Shown piece after piece: positions 32,301 to 38,300 of a stretch of 41,169 bases of DNA. This DNA is from an uncultured Planctomycetia bacterium. GTDB lineage: Bacteria; Omnitrophota; Gorgyraeia; Velamenicoccales; JABMQK01. How positions within the stretch are numbered: position 1 is the stretch's first letter; each line of letters starts with the position of its first letter. Location of the stretch: the NCBI GenBank assembly GCA_964520705.1, contig CAZFPS010000005.1, forward strand, positions 1 through 41,169. The letters are read 5' to 3'. Made by a program: the position numbers and the translations under genes. A model generated the notes under the pieces. That model saw nothing but the letters and a program-made list of their open reading frames with translations, made no database searches and was not told where the DNA came from.

Positions 32301-35300
32301 TGATAAGATGACACTAATTTTTTCTGACGCAGTACTTGCTGATAGATTCTCAGGAGATATTGATAGTATAGCACAAAAAGCAAAAGATCTTGTAGGCGCT
32401 TTATTGGATATAAGAGATAAGCAGGTTTTCGCGAGAGAGGAATGGTCAAGATACAAACCAGTCATTTCGATACTGACTACTTTAAGTCTTGGAGACCCCG
32501 CAGATATCGATATTATCAATAAAGGATTTAGTCCTATCGTGGAATATTTAGCTCTTCTTGCATCGGATTCTTCTCCCAAGCAGAATATTATTGTGGAAGG
32601 ATTTAGCAGATTAAGACATATACTTAATAAATTTAATGATTGGTTGTCGAATCAAAAGTCTATAGAGTTAGGACATTATTTAGGTGATGAAGAGCGAGAG
32701 ATTATCGCAATAGATAGACAAGATTTGGTAGAGTTTGAATATCCGCCTGTTGTTTCTTCGCCACTATTAGAGCCAGCCGTTTTAGGGCGTAATGATATAA
32801 ATAATATAGGTAAGGCTGGAGTTGGCGGTTTTGGCATTGGTGGAGCTGTAACTATAGGCGGTGGCGCAGGCGTAGGCGGTGGAATGTCTTCACCAATGGG
32901 CAGTGGAACTAGCGGTTTTGGCAGAAGCGGAGCAGGCATTGGTGAAATGGGCTCCAATTTAAGTGGAGCTAATAAGCTGCTTAAGCTTGAGATAAAGCCA
33001 ATTGAAATTATTCCGGAGATTTCTCAGCAGTCTTCACCCATAGGTGAAACATTTATAGATTTTAAAGGAAGATTTGATAGAGCTTCAGCGCCATCTTCAC
33101 CAGTAAAATCAAACAGGGACAGGGCTGACCAGAAGCCTATTTTGCCTTCTCAGGTCCCTGGCACTATGCCATTTATGCCATTACCAATGTCAACGCCAAT
33201 ACAGGTACCTGCGCAAAATGCTAGCAGTCCTGTTATAGATTTAGCAGTTCCCGCATTAAGTGCCTCACCTAGCAGCCTATTCGGTCCTTCTGCACAAGTG
33301 CCAATAGGCGAACTTGTGATGAGCGAGCGGGTAAAGGCCCAACAAACATCAGTTGGGTATGCACGCGGACCCACAGTGAGTTCGCCACTTGCGAGTTTCT
33401 CTGCTCGCAATTGGCAGAAGGACAAGAGAACTCCACTACAGCCAGTGTTTACGGCGATAGCTTTAAGTCTTATAACTTCTGACTTGAAAAGAAGTTACGA
33501 CGGAAAAGGGCCTTTAAACAGAAAGCCAGATTCCTGGATGCCCACGGTCTATACCTACAAAGCATTAGTGAGCGCACTAAATAGCGCAGCTCTTAATATA
33601 GGTAACGGCCTGAAAGCCGAAGCAACGGCAGTAGCCGGATGGGTCAAGGTTGCCTTAAGGCAGATCAAGGCTCAGATAGCCACTGAAACAGCAGAGGCTG
33701 GCACAATAGCGGCTATGCCTATAGCAGCTATTAGCTCTCCTGCAATAGCAGGATATAGCCGAATAGCTAATATAGGAACAATGGCTCCTATAAAAGACTC
33801 AGCTTACTTCGCAAATCTAGAAGATAATAGCAAAACGCTTAACTCCTCACCATTAACAGAGTTAGGTAGGAATTTTGAAAACATAGTAATTTCCAAAATC
33901 CCAGGTGCCCAGAGTGTAACCTGGAAATTCGCATTTTCTAGACCAATTAGCGATTTAACCTCAGCTCTTGTTACGCAAGAGTATAATGAGGGTCTTTTTG
34001 CGTCCAGTCCCACCATTGATCTAACCAACGAACCAACTAACAAACTAACAAACTATAATAGAAGGGGTGTTTTTGTCTCTGCTGGCACGAATTTCCACGA
34101 ATCTTACACGAATCCACACAAATATTCTCTCAAATTTTCATCTTCGCCTCTATCGCTGAAAGCCAACATAGCTAACCTATATAATAATAAAGTTAAGCTA
34201 AAATTTGTTTATAATTTAGCAGCACAGAATTTTAGAAATAGTCTGAAAGATGATAAAGATTTTCTGAAAGATATTCTGGGATATGCATGGAAGATGACAA
34301 TAATTTCCGCAATCGGTATTTCGATAATGGTAGCAGTAACGATACGTCACGGTCCAAAAGAAACAAATTGTATGCTCAACTCCCGTAACGAAAATATAGA
34401 GGTAGTAATTAACGTGGATTTTGGCGGGCGCCTACGTTCAGATTCATACGCAAATGAACGCGCACAATCGATATTCAATAGAATTATAGAGACAAACAAA
34501 CTTCCTCCTACATATAAACTATTTGTAGTAAATGAAGGTCGTGATGCTTATGCTAAGTTTGGTAACATTATCCTTCCTCTGTGGATGTTGCAAATCTTCG
34601 ATGATGAGATGGTTAGTTGGATTATTAGTCATGAAATTGCTCATTTTACCTTGGAATCAAGTAACAACAAAAACGCAGACAAACTAGGTTTTGAGTATGC
34701 AAAAACAGCTGGGTATTTAAAAGAAATCAAATCCCCCAAGAAATTTAGAAGAACAGTTGAAAAAGAAAGCAGAGAATTTTTAAAGATACGTCCTACTGGC
34801 AGGCTCTGCGGCAGCAGCTGCGGCTCCAGCCCGGTCAATAATCTAACAAACTATATATCCGCCTCCAAATTCGCCTCATTATCAGCAAGTTCGCCAGCTA
34901 CTTCATTACTACCGGATTCTCCAGTTTTAGCTGATGCGAGAAGCTTTGAGACGTTCCTTTACACAGAGCCAATGAGACAGGCATTAGGTAATATTATCCA
35001 AATTTTAGATATAGAAAGTGTAGAATCAGCCTTTGTCACTCATGTTACCGCGGCACCAGGAATGACCGAACCTTACTTTGTTAAGTCAGAAAGAAAAACC
35101 CAGTCAGAATGTCCCTTAGTGCCCTTTGAAGTCGAGCATGAAACCGTTAGTATTCATTCTCATCCCTTTATTCCTGTAGGTGTAGAGTCTTCGGACGGTA
35201 GTATATCTCAAAAAGTAGAGGTTGCTATTTTGCCAGGTTGCGAGGATTTTGATGTTTTTATCCGCCAGAATGGTAGGGGAGTTTTAGGCATAATATGGGG

Positions 35301-38300
35301 CAATAGAAACGTAGGATTCTACTTAACAGCAATTATTACTAATAGGATTCCAGATTACATTACATTAATTAGTCACCACGAAAAAGACGTTAGAAAAGCT
35401 ATCGATGTTTTAAAGCAGAACCAAGCAATAGCTTTTTATCGGCTTAATTTTGGAGTTGAGACTTTAAGTCCGTATTTTATAGAAGAAGGAGTCATTGTTG
35501 AACCTGAAAGAATAGCTGCGCAAGATGCCATTGCGGTTACAGAACGTCTAGTTGCCAATCCTGATTTAGTAATTGAAGACGATATAAGGGTTCTTGCTGG
35601 TTTTAGTAGGTTAGCCCAGGAACAGTTTAGAAACAGAGAATTTTCAGAGATATCTGATGCTGCAAGCACAATAGAGGCTTATCTAATGAAGATAGGTGAT
35701 TCATTGAAAAAGAAGATTTTTTCTGCTGATGGCGTAAGAGAACAAATAGCAAGAGAACAAATAGCGATGGCATGGGAAATGAATCGCTTGTCTGCTATAC
35801 TTAGAGGTCTTAAAAGAGCGCTTAGTGAAAAGGGCGTTTCAGTCTTCCCTGCTTCTGCCACCGCTTCTTTAACTTCAGAAGAATTATTTCAGTCCATCTG
35901 GCTTTCATCGTCACCTGTAGCCAGCTTGCTATCCGCCTCCAGCCCTTTGCTTCGCTCAGGACGTCAGCCCCAGGAGGAATATAACCTTGATAATTTAGCT
36001 GGTGCCTCCAGCCCGGTTGAAAAATCCAAATATGATAAAGAGAGGGATGCAGCCATAACCAAAATAGCACGCCTAGTCATAGCTCTAAGGCCTCAGGGAG
36101 GTAACTTCTATAAGGCTGTAAAAGAGTCGATGATGTCTCAAGGCAAATCAGGACGAGAGGCATGGAGTTTTGCAAATTATGTATTTACCGACAAAGGAGA
36201 ATTGAAAATTGACCCTTACAAATATGTGCCACGCAGCAGTGAGTTTGATGGCACTATATTAGAAGGCAAAGACCCAGAATTCGAGGGCACTATATTAGGA
36301 TACACCGATTCAAGCTATCCCGCCTCCAGCCCTTCGCTTCGCTCAGGACGTCGGCCCCAGGAGGAAAATAACCCTGATAATTTAGCTGGTGCCTCCAGCC
36401 CTATGAAGGAAAATGCTCTGCCGATAGATGCAGGAGCTGATACAAGAGTTAATAACAAAAATGGCAAAGTTAGTGGTTTAGCCAGCCCAGTGAAATTAGA
36501 TACAAGATACATAATGCATGATGCAGGAATGACAGGTAGCTCGCCAATGGTCTTAGATCTCATAAGGTTAGGACGTGCACAAAATATTTCACCGAATCCA
36601 TTTATGGCGGCTGGCTCATCGCCCCTCCAAGAAACCGAGCCAGGTCGTCAGAGCACGAATTCCCGCAAATTCCACACTAATACACACGAATATTCATTCG
36701 AATCCACATTCTTCGCTTCCGCTCGGAATCCTTCGAGGAATCCTGAGCAAGGCGAAGGACCAATATCCTCACCAATAACGATAATTAATAATAATTTAGA
36801 TAGATTTTCTTCACCATTAACAAAGGCCAAAAATGTATTATTAGGAAGCATAAGAGGCTTATTTGTAAGGCTTACCCAAGTAATTTCGTTTCGAGCAATA
36901 CGTAATTTTATATTATCTATATTACTAACCATATCAGTAGGTATGTCTTTCATTTATTTTCCAAAAGGAATTATTTCTATCGTTTATCCTCCTAAAGATA
37001 ATCTTACAGTATTGATTAGTTCAGAATATAAAGAGGGCTACGTATTGGATTATTTCTTTTTCAATACGTATGGGGCAGTATATTTTGGATTGAAAGGAAT
37101 AGAATTAGATATAATCTACGCAGCAACAAAAAATGATTTAAGAACTGTATCAGGTGATTCGACTAAACCTAACATAGCCGTTATGGGTCATGGAACATGG
37201 AATGAATGGATAGCTTCTGATAGCGTCGTCACAGAAGATGATATTAAGAGATGGTATTCTTCAGGAGAATTCCCTAGGAAAGAGTCGATTATCCGCTATA
37301 CATGCGGCTCAGGCCGTTTTCTCTTTGATGAGCAATTTGGCCATCATGCAGTTGAGGATCCCCAGACACAGATTAGAGGTTTTGATTTCACGGTGTCTCC
37401 CATAGAATTTTTAGTAAAACCCACAGCTTTTTCTCAAAAAGAATTAGATTCAGAAAAAGGTAATTGGCTATTGAATGCTATGAGAGCTCTCAGAGGAGTC
37501 GAGGATCCTATCACTACTACTGATTATATGAGAGCTGATAAAGAAGTTGAGGATACTATCTATGGAAGAATGATGGGAAATCCCAGAATGCTAAGAAAAT
37601 TTAGATTACCATTATATATAGTAGGGGAAGAAGAAGACCACAGAAATATCAATGGTTCTACTTCATTGCAGACCATCCTAATCTATGACCAAGCCTATTC
37701 CGATAGTTCTTCTTCACCTTTAACAGAAACCAATTTAACAAAAACCACGCAATCTTCACCTGTAACCTACCGTGGCAGGTTGAGTGAGGAGATTGTAGCC
37801 AATTCAGGGGTAAATGTTAGCAGAATCACCCCCTCCAGCCCTCTGGTTTTAGGTAAATTTTTAAACTTTGACAACAGCTCCTCACCTACCGTGGCAGGCC
37901 TCGTTAGAAATATTGTTAATAAATTTAAGAGATTTAATTTGATTATTTCTACCGTGGCAGGTATTGGGGAACACACCAATCCAGCAGGGTTTGTTAGAAT
38001 TACCCCCTCTAGCAGCCCTCTGGATGAAAATTTTGACAACAGTTCCTCACCTACCGTGGCAGGTATTGGGGAACACACCAATCCAGCAGAGGCTGTTGTT
38101 GGCAACACCCCCGCCATTAGCAGCCCTCTGGATGGGGTAAGAATTTCAAGTCCTTTGAATTCAAACGAATATTTAGAGGATATGACAAAACGCATAATCA
38201 ATGAATGCAGACAAGACAATTACTCTTCTTTGAAATTAAGCTGGGAGATGGCAGTATATGATTATCAGGAATTTATAAAGCATGCCGCTGCCATAAATGC

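Noticed and set aside
32810-32970. Gly-rich stretch as a collagen-like or RTX repeat
   Set aside because: It has no Gly-X-Y periodicity or GGxGxD nonapeptide, so I treat it as a low-complexity linker.
5166-36778. Small alternative-frame + ORFs (5166..5348, 7845..8036, 14609..14848, 36575..36778)
   Set aside because: They are nested out of frame in longer supported genes and have no protein-like features.
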